From: a virus
Lineage: Duplodnaviria > Heunggongvirae > Uroviricota > Caudoviricetes
DNA: 64,000 bases
Direction: 5' to 3' (one strand)
IMG/VR virus record: IMGVR_UViG_3300029288_000055
Span: 170,764-234,763 of that record
A program made the position numbers and the translations under genes. Under the pieces are notes generated by a model. The model ran no database searches and had not been told where the DNA came from. It worked only from the letters and a program-made list of their open reading frames with translations. How positions within the stretch are numbered: position 1 is the stretch's first letter; each line of letters opens with the position of its first letter. This document shows positions 48,838-58,053 of this stretch, one piece after another.

Positions 48838-49310
48838 ATGCCAAAGACAAAACTTAGTGACATATTAAAACATGGGAAAAATTTTAAAGTAAAAATATTA
48901 AACCCTGATGACCCCGAAGTAATTGAAATGTTTCGCAAAGTAAAAGAAGAACAAGAAAAATGCTTGGCGAGAAAGAAAATTGATTGGGAAAAAATGCGTA
49001 ATACTGTGATTAATATTTAATTTGTGAGTATTTATACGAAAGTTCTTTGAAATTATAAAATATTGTAATATATTTGCTTCTTAATATCATTTCTATGATC
49101 ATACTGGAAAGTAAACTTGTTAGAAAAGATTCACCTGCACATAGTGAATATCAAAACTATGGGTATGTTGACGGATACTTTCTAACCATTCATGATTTGG
49201 CTGCTCTGGTCAGAGATTTTCAAGTCGATTGTTTTGATGGATTTGTCAGCAATGATCATTCTTACATTGAAGAATGGTTAAAGAAGCATAACCAAATTGT
49301 AAAAAAATAA
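48838..49310 (+). other. two small hypothetical CDSs (48838-49020, 49096-49310)
   Basis: ORF track, with ATG starts chosen by eye. Confidence 0.45.
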
Positions 49311-49331
49311 CTGTAATATAAATTAAATTGT

Positions 49332-51572
49332 ATGAAAAAAAATGTAAAATTCGATGAAAACTATTATCTCATTTCTCAAGAAGCTAATAGTACCGTAACT
49401 GTAGAAGTTGCAAAAAAAACAAACCACATTTTCGTGGTAGACGTATCTGGCTCAATGTCATGGGAACTCCCAAAAATTAGAACACAATTGAAAAATAAAC
49501 TCTCCAATATTATGAAGGAAGGTGATACTATTACTATTGTGTGGTTCTCAGGCAGCAGGGATGCTGGAATCCTCAAAGAAGAAGTTGAAGTAAAATCACT
49601 TAAAACTTTATCCGACCTACATGATGCAATTGACAAATGGCTTCGTCCAGTTGGCTTAACTGCATTCTTAAAACCACTTGAACTCGTTAAAGAAGTTATT
49701 GGTAGAATCAGAAAGAACAGACCTGACAGTGTGTTCTCAATGATATTTCTTACTGATGGTTGCAACAATGATTGTTCTTGGAATGATGTAATTAAAACGC
49801 TCAAAGGACTTGAAACTGAGATTGCTTCTTCAACATTTGTTGAATACGGTTATTATGCCGATTCACGTGCATTAACCCAAATGGCAAGTGTTCTTGGTGG
49901 AGAAAAAATCAGTTGTGATGGTTTCGATGATTTCGAACCAATGTTTGATGCTAAAATTTCTTCAAGCGTTTATGGTGGTAAAAAAGTCGTTGTTAATATT
50001 ACCGACAAATACCTTTATGATTTCGCATTCAGTGTTGGTAAAGACGGTAGTGTATTGCTTTACAACATTCAGGATGGTAAGATCATGGTTGGTAGTGATG
50101 TTAAAGAAGTTTATTTCTTCAGTCCCAATGGAGTTGGTGGTGGAACAATCATTGATGGTGCACTTTACGCAGCAATATATGTTCTTTCAGATAAACTCAT
50201 GAATGACGATGCGGAAAAAGTCTTTTATGCACTTGGCGATAATCATTATTATAGGATGTTAGCTAATGCATTTGGAAAGCAGAAACTCAATGCATTTAAA
50301 GCAGCTATCAAAGAATGTGTTGCTGATGTATCAAAAAGATTTCCTGACGGTGGAAGAGCAGCAATTCAAAAAGTTCCCGATGATGCATATTGCTTAATGA
50401 ATCTTATTGAAGACTTGGGTAATCTGGAAGGTTGTTTATTCTATAAAGGACATTCAGATTTCAATTATAATCTTATTGGCAGAAAACGTGTTGCAAGGGG
50501 TGAAAATTTATCAGAAGCTGATAAAAAAAGATTATCTGAAGCTAAGAATGTTGAAGAAATTAGTAAGATCACCGAAGAACTTAAACAAAAGAATGTTGAA
50601 ATTAGTTTTGTAGATTCTGACCCAAACAGGGGTTATCCGCTTACTGACTTAGTATGGAATGAAAAACGTGCAAACCTTTCTATTCGTATTTACATTGAAG
50701 GTGAAGCAATTACACCTAAAAACAAATTCAGTATTGAAAAAGTTGCTTCTTTCAGGTACAAAACATACACTCTTATCAAAGACGGTATCGTAAATATTAA
50801 AAAACTTCCAGTAAGTTTTTCGCCAGAATTAGATCAATTATTGGTGAAATATAATGTTAGTCACACCATAGATGTGGTTAACAAAGTGGTTGTTATTGAT
50901 CTTACCAGTTTGCCACTTATTAACAGGGGTATGGTAAAAAGTATTTCAGCTAAAGGTCTTGCAATTCAAGAGTGGGAACTTCAGAAACTTCAGGCAGACA
51001 AAAAGGTTTACGATTATTTCAGAAAATCATTGTTTCCAAAAGAAAGTAAGTCTTTTGTTGAACTGCTTGGTCAGGAAGCTGCAGATTGGCTTAAAACAAT
51101 CGGAATTACTGACTACAATGGTTTTACACCATTGACAGATGCTGAAGAATCAACTGACTTTTACTTGTCAGTCAATCTTGAAACTAAAATTAAAGGTTTC
51201 TCTTCATTACCAAAGGTTGAAGATGTTATCGCTAAACTTAAAAGCGGTACTTCATTAAAACCAAGTGAAGCTATTATGTCTGATGCAGTTAAAAAATATC
51301 AAGCACAACTTGAATCTGAAATGTATCAATCATTAAATGAAGAACAGCAGAAGGGTGTGTTGAAAACATATCTTATCACCAAGTCTGACATTCTGAACAA
51401 AAAGAGAAGAAAAGCATTACAGGAGATCGCACAGATCAAATTCTCGCTTATTCTTTCTAAGAAATGGTTTACTGAATTTAAAACATTTGATGAAAATAAA
51501 CTAAGTCTTAAACTTGACGGTCAGGATTTAGAATTTACTTTCGATTTAAGTGAAAAAGAAGAAAAAATCTAA
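49332..51572 (+). CDS. large vWA domain protein
   Basis: VVDVSGSM MIDAS, IFLTDG. Confidence 0.75.
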   Translation: MKKNVKFDENYYLISQEANSTVTVEVAKKTNHIFVVDVSGSMSWELPKIRTQLKNKLSNIMKEGDTITIVWFSGSRDAGILKEEVEVKSLKTLSDLHDAIDKWLRPVGLTAFLKPLELVKEVIGRIRKNRPDSVFSMIFLTDGCNNDCSWNDVIKTLKGLETEIASSTFVEYGYYADSRALTQMASVLGGEKISCDGFDDFEPMFDAKISSSVYGGKKVVVNITDKYLYDFAFSVGKDGSVLLYNIQDGKIMVGSDVKEVYFFSPNGVGGGTIIDGALYAAIYVLSDKLMNDDAEKVFYALGDNHYYRMLANAFGKQKLNAFKAAIKECVADVSKRFPDGGRAAIQKVPDDAYCLMNLIEDLGNLEGCLFYKGHSDFNYNLIGRKRVARGENLSEADKKRLSEAKNVEEISKITEELKQKNVEISFVDSDPNRGYPLTDLVWNEKRANLSIRIYIEGEAITPKNKFSIEKVASFRYKTYTLIKDGIVNIKKLPVSFSPELDQLLVKYNVSHTIDVVNKVVVIDLTSLPLINRGMVKSISAKGLAIQEWELQKLQADKKVYDYFRKSLFPKESKSFVELLGQEAADWLKTIGITDYNGFTPLTDAEESTDFYLSVNLETKIKGFSSLPKVEDVIAKLKSGTSLKPSEAIMSDAVKKYQAQLESEMYQSLNEEQQKGVLKTYLITKSDILNKKRRKALQEIAQIKFSLILSKKWFTEFKTFDENKLSLKLDGQDLEFTFDLSEKEEKI

Positions 51573-51593
51573 CTATTTTTGCAACTTAATATT

Positions 51594-51622
51594 AAAACCC
51601 ATCAATTCAGATGGGTTTTTTT
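51594..51622 (+). terminator. intrinsic terminator
   Basis: aaaacccatc/gatgggtttt plus T-tract. Confidence 0.75.
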
Positions 51623-51657
51623 GTTATGAAAACTATTTATAAAAAATATATACTCAT

Positions 51658-54600
51658 ATGAGTTTATTATCCGAAAGTAAACGCTTTAATGATTTCACGC
51701 CAGAAGAGAAACGTCAAATATTTAATGTTTTCACACAATCATATGTAAAGGCAACTGGTGTTTCATGGGATGAAAGAAAATTTTATAGCAGGGCGGGAGA
51801 ATGGATATTTTTTGGCGACCCATTAGGATTTGTTACAGTCAGACCACAAAAAAGTGGGTTTTATAAGCTAACTGGTGTTGCTGGTAACCCAAAATCCATA
51901 TTAAGGAGCTTACAAGAACTCAATAGTACCAATTACCCAATATGGGGCATGCTTACAAAAGAACTTGCAAACATTTTAGTTAAAAGATATGGCTTCAGAA
52001 TGCCAAATAGACTTGAAGGATTTGTAATTGGTAAATTAATAACAAAGAATGTATTTGGAAATGTTGAATATACTCGTAATCCTGACGGTAGTTTAACATT
52101 TAAATATGGTGATGTCGGTGAAGCCACAAAAGTTTTCGTTGGCAATAGAGAATACTATAAAAAGATCAGACGTGATGCACTTAAAAGGGTATTTTCTCCA
52201 AAACAAGCAGTAAGCGAAGATGTTCTTACCGAAAAAAGAGCAATTGAACATTATTTTGAAGATAGTTTTAAGGCAGTATCAGAATATATAAGAAGATATG
52301 GTTATGAACACACATATGTTTCATTCAGACAAACAGCAAACACCACATTTATTAATCGTAGTAATAAATATAATACTCCGACAGGTTTTTATATGTATCC
52401 TTTGAAAAATTATCAAGAAAAAATTGCACAAAGTATTGACATGCAGAGTTTTATGAAAGCATTTCCATATACTCCTGAAAGTAAATTTGCTTTTCTTTTT
52501 ACAATAACAAATACTGAAAATTTCTTATCTTCATTAAATATTAATGTTGAAAAAATTCATAGATATGTAAAAAAAATTAAAGAATTATATGGCGAAAAAA
52601 AACCTGCAATCAAAACATTGTGTGATTTATATTTTACTACCGAAGGTTTTACACCAAGAGGAGGAAGCGATTATCAATATAAAAATGAATTTCAAAAATT
52701 TTGGTTATTTTTATATGAAATTGCATTTGAATTAAGAGCAAACAACACAACATACAATTCTGACAGAAGTTCAAGTCATTATAAAGAATATCCTTCAACA
52801 ATTACTATAATTGCAGACGATATTGGTCTTGAAGGATTTATTGATGATGCATGCACATCAACCATACATTCTGGTGAACCATGTCAAGGGGTTTTACTTA
52901 GTAATTTAAGAAAAAGTATTGGTAATTTGAAAATAGTACCAATATATCAAAAATATGATGCTCCATTAAATATTGATAATCCAAATGCGCCAACAGTTGA
53001 CCCATCAGAATATAAAAACAAATATGAAAAATATTTGAAAGGTAAATTAAATGCTAAAGAAGTTTATATTGCCGATAATAATTATCAATTAGCAATAAAA
53101 AATCGTTTACCATTTATTGTTATTGCAAATAGTTATACACCATATTATGTTGACAGGGATGGAAATAAAACTGTAAGAGGTCTTGATACAACAAAAATAC
53201 TTTCTAATGACCCACATGAGGATACATATGATGATACTTTAAAACAAAAACGTACTGCATATATTAATTCTTTATTGAATACAAAATATGATGAAGTGCG
53301 CCCATTTGGAAAATATGGTGGAGATGTTGCATTTGCAGTTCATGATAACGGAAGTTATGCATTTATTAATAAAGAAGGCAAACCAGATATTACAGGTGTT
53401 GATATTCTTAAAATTGGTGACGGTAAAACACGTGCAGTATATTTTAATCAATTACTTGGCAAAGAAATATTTGATCAAATTAATAGTTTTAGTGATTATG
53501 GCGGAGAAATTGCACTCGCACATCCACTTTCTGGTGGTCAATCATACTTTATTGATAAAATGGGTAATCCTGATATAATAAATGTAGATGTTACCAAAGT
53601 TAGTGATAGCAATACACGTGCAATAATTATAAACCAAAAATTAGGAAAAAAATATTATTATTCAATTGGTACATATAATAAATATGGTCAAGGTATTGCA
53701 GTTGCAACAAAAAATAATGGTGATAAAGTCTTTATTAATATTGAAGGTAAACCAAGTATTGCCAAGGTTAATATAAATAATATTGATGACGGTGATTTAC
53801 GTGCAATATATCTTAATCAGAGATTACATAAAAAAATCTTCAGTTTTATTGGTATATTTGATAAATTTGGTACAGGAATAGCATTAGGAAGATATATAGA
53901 TGGTACTTTAAAATTTGTAAATGCTTTAGGACAACCTGATCTTGAACATGTAGATTTTGATGCAATTGATGATACTAACACTCGTGCATTATATATAAAT
54001 CAAAAATATGGTACTGATTTTAAATCGGTTGGTATATTTGATAAAATTGGTGATGATGTAGCTCCTGCTGTTCGTGATGATGGTACAATCGAATTTATTA
54101 ATAGAGAAGGTAAACCAAGCATGGGTAATGTTGATATTAACAGAATTGACGATAGTCATGTTCGTGCACAATTTATAAATAAATTATTAGGTACTAATTA
54201 CACGCATGTTACAAAATTTGGTGAATTTGGTGGCGATATTGCACTTGCAGGTAATCGTGACACTAATACTCATGAATTTATTAATAGAGAAGGTAAACCA
54301 GATGTATCAACAGTTGATTTAGATAAAATCGGAGATAGAACAACAAGAGCAGTATATTTTAATCAAAAATATGGTACAGATTATAATGGTGTTTATGATT
54401 TTGGTACATACGGTAATGATGTCGCATTAGCATATAATAATGAAATAGGAAAAGTTTTTATTAACAGAGAAGGAATGCCAGATACTTCTGGTATAGAAGA
54501 AAAATATCTTGACGAACCACCTGTACATGCAGCATATTATAATCAAAAATTTGGCACACATTATGCTGAAATTAGTCCGTTTGGAGTATATGGCAAAGAT

Positions 54601-55191
54601 ATTGCAGTGGCTTCTGATGATAATGACAACAGAATGTTTATTAATAGGAAAGGTAAAAAAAGCACTATTGGTGTTAATGTAGATGAACTTACTGATTCAC
54701 TTCGTGTTGTATATTATAATCAAAAATTTAAGAAAAATTTTAAATCAATTGGTACTTTTGGTCAATATGGCGAAAATATTGCTGTTGCAAGAGATAAAGA
54801 CAATAAAAATGTTTTTATAAATAGAGAAGGTAAACCAGATGTTAGTGGTGTTGACCCTAATAGTATAAAAAATATGAATAGTAATATAAAAGCAGCATAT
54901 TTTAATACTATAAACGGTACTAATTTCACGGATATTTATGACTCTTTAACAAATAATCAAACCAATGTATTATTTGGAAGTTTACCAAGCGGTGGGTATG
55001 CTTTTATTAATAATAAAGGGAAACCAACAATAAAAATTAAAAATTTACAAATGCTTAAAGATCAATATGGCGAAAACACAGTTAATGATATAATTAAAAA
55101 TACAAAAAAAATATTAACTGGTGAACTTAAGGAAAATTATTCTATTTTACATTCAATTATAAATGAAGAAGTTATGAATTATTTTCAATAA
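51658..55191 (+). CDS. 1177 aa multidomain protein with about ten 60-aa WG-like repeats
   Basis: Repeated YxxxGxFGxYGxDIA...FINREGKPD; C-terminal SIINEE. Confidence 0.65.
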   Translation: MSLLSESKRFNDFTPEEKRQIFNVFTQSYVKATGVSWDERKFYSRAGEWIFFGDPLGFVTVRPQKSGFYKLTGVAGNPKSILRSLQELNSTNYPIWGMLTKELANILVKRYGFRMPNRLEGFVIGKLITKNVFGNVEYTRNPDGSLTFKYGDVGEATKVFVGNREYYKKIRRDALKRVFSPKQAVSEDVLTEKRAIEHYFEDSFKAVSEYIRRYGYEHTYVSFRQTANTTFINRSNKYNTPTGFYMYPLKNYQEKIAQSIDMQSFMKAFPYTPESKFAFLFTITNTENFLSSLNINVEKIHRYVKKIKELYGEKKPAIKTLCDLYFTTEGFTPRGGSDYQYKNEFQKFWLFLYEIAFELRANNTTYNSDRSSSHYKEYPSTITIIADDIGLEGFIDDACTSTIHSGEPCQGVLLSNLRKSIGNLKIVPIYQKYDAPLNIDNPNAPTVDPSEYKNKYEKYLKGKLNAKEVYIADNNYQLAIKNRLPFIVIANSYTPYYVDRDGNKTVRGLDTTKILSNDPHEDTYDDTLKQKRTAYINSLLNTKYDEVRPFGKYGGDVAFAVHDNGSYAFINKEGKPDITGVDILKIGDGKTRAVYFNQLLGKEIFDQINSFSDYGGEIALAHPLSGGQSYFIDKMGNPDIINVDVTKVSDSNTRAIIINQKLGKKYYYSIGTYNKYGQGIAVATKNNGDKVFINIEGKPSIAKVNINNIDDGDLRAIYLNQRLHKKIFSFIGIFDKFGTGIALGRYIDGTLKFVNALGQPDLEHVDFDAIDDTNTRALYINQKYGTDFKSVGIFDKIGDDVAPAVRDDGTIEFINREGKPSMGNVDINRIDDSHVRAQFINKLLGTNYTHVTKFGEFGGDIALAGNRDTNTHEFINREGKPDVSTVDLDKIGDRTTRAVYFNQKYGTDYNGVYDFGTYGNDVALAYNNEIGKVFINREGMPDTSGIEEKYLDEPPVHAAYYNQKFGTHYAEISPFGVYGKDIAVASDDNDNRMFINRKGKKSTIGVNVDELTDSLRVVYYNQKFKKNFKSIGTFGQYGENIAVARDKDNKNVFINREGKPDVSGVDPNSIKNMNSNIKAAYFNTINGTNFTDIYDSLTNNQTNVLFGSLPSGGYAFINNKGKPTIKIKNLQMLKDQYGENTVNDIIKNTKKILTGELKENYSILHSIINEEVMNYFQ

Positions 55192-55215
55192 TTGTGTAAA
55201 AAAATAATAAAATAA

Positions 55216-55246
55216 TTTGCAGAAATCAAAACTTTATTTACCTTTG
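55216..55246 (+). promoter_or_regulatory. Bacteroidota primary-sigma promoter, tRNA operon D
   Basis: TTTG(55216)-N19-TACCTTTG(55239). Confidence 0.8.
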
Positions 55247-55287
55247 CAGAGTATTTAAATGAAAATGAACTTATAATTTTAAAACAA

Positions 55288-55422
55288 ATGAAAACGTACA
55301 GGAAAATATCAGAAGATTCTACATCGACCTCAAGTCGCAATGGAAATGGTATATTCTGTTCAATTTTTACAGGCAGAAATAATGCAGATACGGGTTCTGG
55401 TTTTAAAGACATTGATTTGTAA
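55288..55422 (+). CDS. leader peptide D, MKTYRKISEDSTSTSSRNGNGIFCSIFTGRNNADTGSGFKDIDL
   Basis: Residues 11-32 are exclusively S/T/R/N/G/I/F/C. Confidence 0.85.
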   Translation: MKTYRKISEDSTSTSSRNGNGIFCSIFTGRNNADTGSGFKDIDL

Positions 55423-55441
55423 TTTTTAAAACTAATATAAG

Positions 55442-55473
55442 AAGAACCCGTATCGCAAGATTCGGGTTTTTTT
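55442..55473 (+). terminator. attenuator terminator D
   Basis: aagaacccgtatc-gcaa-gattcgggttttt plus T-tract; 5' arm perfectly complementary to leader gatacgggttct (55387-55398). Confidence 0.88.
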
Positions 55474-55486
55474 GTTCTTTACATAT

Positions 55487-55557
55487 GTCGGGATAGTTCA
55501 GGGGTAGAACGTCTGTGTGGTATTCAGGCAACATCGGTTCGAATCCGATTCTCGGCT
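55487..55557 (+). tRNA. tRNA-Thr(GGT)
   Basis: gtcggga/tctcggc, loop gtggtat. Confidence 0.78.
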
Positions 55558-55649
55558 CAAAAATATAACTCTTACAGGTTATAAACACAAAACATAACCT
55601 TTGCAGGTTATGCAAACTGTAAGACGATCTTTGACATGTTGGAATTTCT

Positions 55650-55730
55650 GAAGGGTTGCCTGAGTGGTTGAAAGGGACGGTCTGCAAAACCGTTAGGAAA
55701 CTCACGTGGGTTCGAATCCCACACCCTTCT
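55650..55730 (+). tRNA. tRNA-Cys(GCA), extended variable arm
   Basis: gaagggt/acccttc, acggt-ctgcaaa-accgt, U73. Confidence 0.85.
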
Positions 55731-55784
55731 CGAAAATTATTTTTGCATAAAGGACTGAAATTCGGTACTTTGTGCAAAAAATCT

Positions 55785-55859
55785 GTTTCGGTAGTGCAAT
55801 AATGGTAAAACGACAGTCTGTTAAACTGCAAGATGTAGGTTCGACTCCTACCCGAAACG
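55785..55859 (+). tRNA. tRNA-Asn(GTT)
   Basis: gtttcgg/ccgaaac, cagt-ctgttaa-actg, G73. Confidence 0.8.
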
Positions 55860-55865
55860 CAATAT

Positions 55866-55942
55866 TGGGACGTATTCCCTCTGTCTGATAAGCAGTTGAA
55901 AGGATAATTGGTCACATGTGGGTTCAATTCCCACCTTCCCAA
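55866..55942 (+). tRNA. tRNA-Ile(GAT)-like, lacking a D arm
   Basis: tgggacg/cttccca, ctgt-ctgataa-gcag, intact T arm, only about 7 nt between acceptor and anticodon stems. Confidence 0.55.
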
Positions 55943-55958
55943 CATAAAAATTTAAAAT

Positions 55959-56031
55959 GGGCGTATCGTCTAACTGGTTAGGATGTGTCTCTGATAAGGA
56001 TACGATGAAGGTTCAAGACCTTCTATGCCCA
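55959..56031 (+). tRNA. tRNA-Ile(GAT)
   Basis: gggcgta/tatgccc, tgtct-ctgataa-ggata. Confidence 0.82.
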
Positions 56032-56158
56032 CAAATCGCAGACGTGCGATCTTATGTTGCAACATAAAACGATTACTTATTGTTAGCATAGCTGGCAATG
56101 CTGCTCTGTGAATGGGTGAAGGTGAGTTCAAGTCTCACAGGTAAGAGTCGTTTTGTAT

Positions 56159-56245
56159 GGAGAGTTGTCCGAGTGGTTGATGGTGGCAGTCTTGAAAACT
56201 GCTGGGCACGCAAGTGCCCCGTGGGTTCGAATCCTACACTCTCCG
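56159..56245 (+). tRNA. tRNA-Ser(TGA)
   Basis: ggagagt/actctcc, gcagt-cttgaaa-actgc, long arm, G73. Confidence 0.92.
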
Positions 56246-56349
56246 CAAATTACAAATGGGAAAGTAGTTAGCGGTACTTAGTTGAGATAGTACTAAGTCG
56301 AGATGCACTGACCACTATTATCGAGTATAATAAAAAGTTTGTAATATTT

Positions 56350-56443
56350 GGATGGTTAAGCAGTTACATTGGAGTGGCGACATGCTTTGAATACATGGTT
56401 TCGATCTAAACAATCGGACGGGGGTCGGGTCCTCAATCATCCG
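56350..56443 (+). pseudogene. degenerate tRNA-Ser(TGA)-like element
   Basis: ggatggt/atcatcc, catg-c-tttgaat-a-catg, long arm, aberrant T loop. Confidence 0.45.
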
Positions 56444-56512
56444 CAGTGCTTTTGGTGTTAACTACTCACAACCGTTTAGCATTTATAATTATAATGGTAA
56501 AAGAGTAGACTT

Positions 56513-56599
56513 GGAGAATTGACAGAGTGGTTATTGTGCCAGTTTGCTAAACTGTGGGCGGTGAAAGCTGCCCCGGGGGTTCGAATCCCTCATTCTCCG
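56513..56599 (+). tRNA. tRNA-Ser(GCT)
   Basis: ggagaat/attctcc, cagt-ttgctaa-actg, long arm. Confidence 0.9.
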
Positions 56600-56673
56600 C
56601 AAAGTCAGGTGCACTGGATTACATCACTTGACCTATGTATCAATATGGTGGTCATGACACTATTGCGGTATAA

Positions 56674-56831
56674 AAGTTCTGGCTTGCATAAGAGGCTGCC
56701 CTAATGTTCGTTGAAGTGAAGGTTTTGTGTTTGTGACTGGCATCACAGAAAACGCAAACTGATTCAGAGAGACATTTAAGAAAGTTGCAATACTATCGGG
56801 AAACGTGAGTATAAGGCTCACACCAGAACTT
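56674..56831 (+). ncRNA. candidate rod-shaped structured RNA
   Basis: Closing stem aagttctgg/ccagaactt; inner stems aatgt/acatt, tttgtgttt/aaacgcaaa, gtga/tcac. Confidence 0.35.
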
Positions 56832-56836
56832 AATTT

Positions 56837-56908
56837 GGAACGGTAACTCAGTGGCAGAGTGCTTCCCTGAAGAGGAAGTGGTCGTGGGTTCGACTCCCAT
56901 TCGTTCCA
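56837..56908 (+). tRNA. tRNA-Phe(GAA), G37
   Basis: ggaacgg/tcgttcc, cttcc-ctgaaga-ggaag. Confidence 0.88.
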
Positions 56909-56914
56909 CAATTT

Positions 56915-56987
56915 GGTGTCGTAGCTCAGTTGGTAGAGCAGTGGACTGAAAATCCACGTGTCACAGGTTCAAATCCTGTCGATACCA
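56915..56987 (+). tRNA. tRNA-Phe(GAA)
   Basis: ggtgtcg/cgatacc, gtgga-ctgaaaa-tccac. Confidence 0.92.
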
Positions 56988-57102
56988 CTCTCTCCGATCT
57001 TGAGGGACTATCCACGTCCCCAATCCAAGGTTGCACGAAGCAAGAATGCCTCCTGCCTCTGTTGCAGGTGAATCCAAGAGGTTCAGCAAAAAGTCGTGGC
57101 AC

Positions 57103-57175
57103 GCAGAAGAAGCTCATGTGGTCGAGTGTCAGCCTTCCAAGCTGAATGTAGCGGGTTCGAATCCCGTCTTCTGCT
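57103..57175 (+). tRNA. tRNA-Gly(TCC)
   Basis: gcagaag/cttctgc, tcagc-cttccaa-gctga, U73. Confidence 0.9.
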
Positions 57176-57283
57176 CAACAATGCTTCCCACGCCTCTGAC
57201 CGATGCCTGTGCAGGTTAGGTTATGCGCATCAGGGTCGCTTTCAGTAGAACTCACTTAATGCACAACAAGTGAGTTCGCCCAT

Positions 57284-57355
57284 GCGGGTATAGCACAACG
57301 GTTAGTGTGTCAGTCTTCCAAACTGAAAATGAGGTTTCGATTACCTCTACCCGCA
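57284..57355 (+). tRNA. tRNA-Gly(TCC)
   Basis: gcgggta/tacccgc, tcagt-cttccaa-actga. Confidence 0.88.
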
Positions 57356-57419
57356 CAAAAATCCTTGTTAATCAAAAAAGAATCGCTATCTTTGTGTTTA
57401 GTTTATAAGATAGCAATAT

Positions 57420-57493
57420 AGTGACGTAGCTAAATGGTGACGGCAGTTGTCTTATAAGCAAAAGATGTGTGGGTTCAAGTCCCACCGTCACTA
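57420..57493 (+). tRNA. tRNA-Ile(TAT)
   Basis: agtgacg/cgtcact, ttgt-cttataa-gcaa, A73. Confidence 0.8.
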
Positions 57494-57497
57494 CAAA

Positions 57498-57707
57498 ATG
57501 AAAGAAATTAATTTGAAATTAGATCACGTACATGTTGAACCAAGAGTAATTAAAACAAATATTACTTGGAAAATTTGTGAATGTCTTTATGATTGCCTTG
57601 ATGATGAATGCGCACAAACACTTGGATTCAGTAACAAAGAAGAATACCGCAGAAAAATGAATAGCAAAAAAGGTTATAAAGAAGTGATCAAAATGATGGG
57701 TAAATAA
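57498..57707 (+). CDS. hypothetical protein
   Basis: ATG after the tRNA. Confidence 0.45.
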   Translation: MKEINLKLDHVHVEPRVIKTNITWKICECLYDCLDDECAQTLGFSNKEEYRRKMNSKKGYKEVIKMMGK

Positions 57708-57708
57708 T

Positions 57709-57780
57709 GCTTCGGTAGCTCAGTGGTAGAGCGTTTGTCTGTTAAACAAAGGGTCGCAGGTTCAATCCCTGCTCGGAGCG
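57709..57780 (+). tRNA. tRNA-Asn(GTT)
   Basis: gcttcgg/tcggagc, tttgt-ctgttaa-acaaa, G73. Confidence 0.9.
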
Positions 57781-57923
57781 CAAATTGAAATAAAAATGTT
57801 TGAATATTCAAAATTAACAGAAAAGCATTTTTTTTGGCTTAGAATTGTACAACTTTTAAATAAAAAGAATGAAAAAGTATTTATTCGTAGGGGAAGAAAG
57901 AAGTAAAATGGACACATAATTAT

Positions 57924-57997
57924 GCCAGAATAACTTTAATTGGTAGAGTAGCTCATTCGTAATGAGAATGTTGCAAGTTCGAGTCTTGCTTCTGGCT
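57924..57997 (+). tRNA. tRNA-Thr(CGT)
   Basis: gccagaa/ttctggc, ctca-ttcgtaa-tgag. Confidence 0.85.
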
Positions 57998-58053
57998 GGC
58001 AATCAATATCAACTTACTTGCACGTAGTGGTTGTTGCACATCAGAAATGATGA

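Noticed and set aside
24954-55473. T-box riboswitch explanation for the tRNA operon leaders
   Set aside because: No T-box consensus (GGTGGNACC) or stem I is present; the leaders are short ORFs with cognate codon runs.
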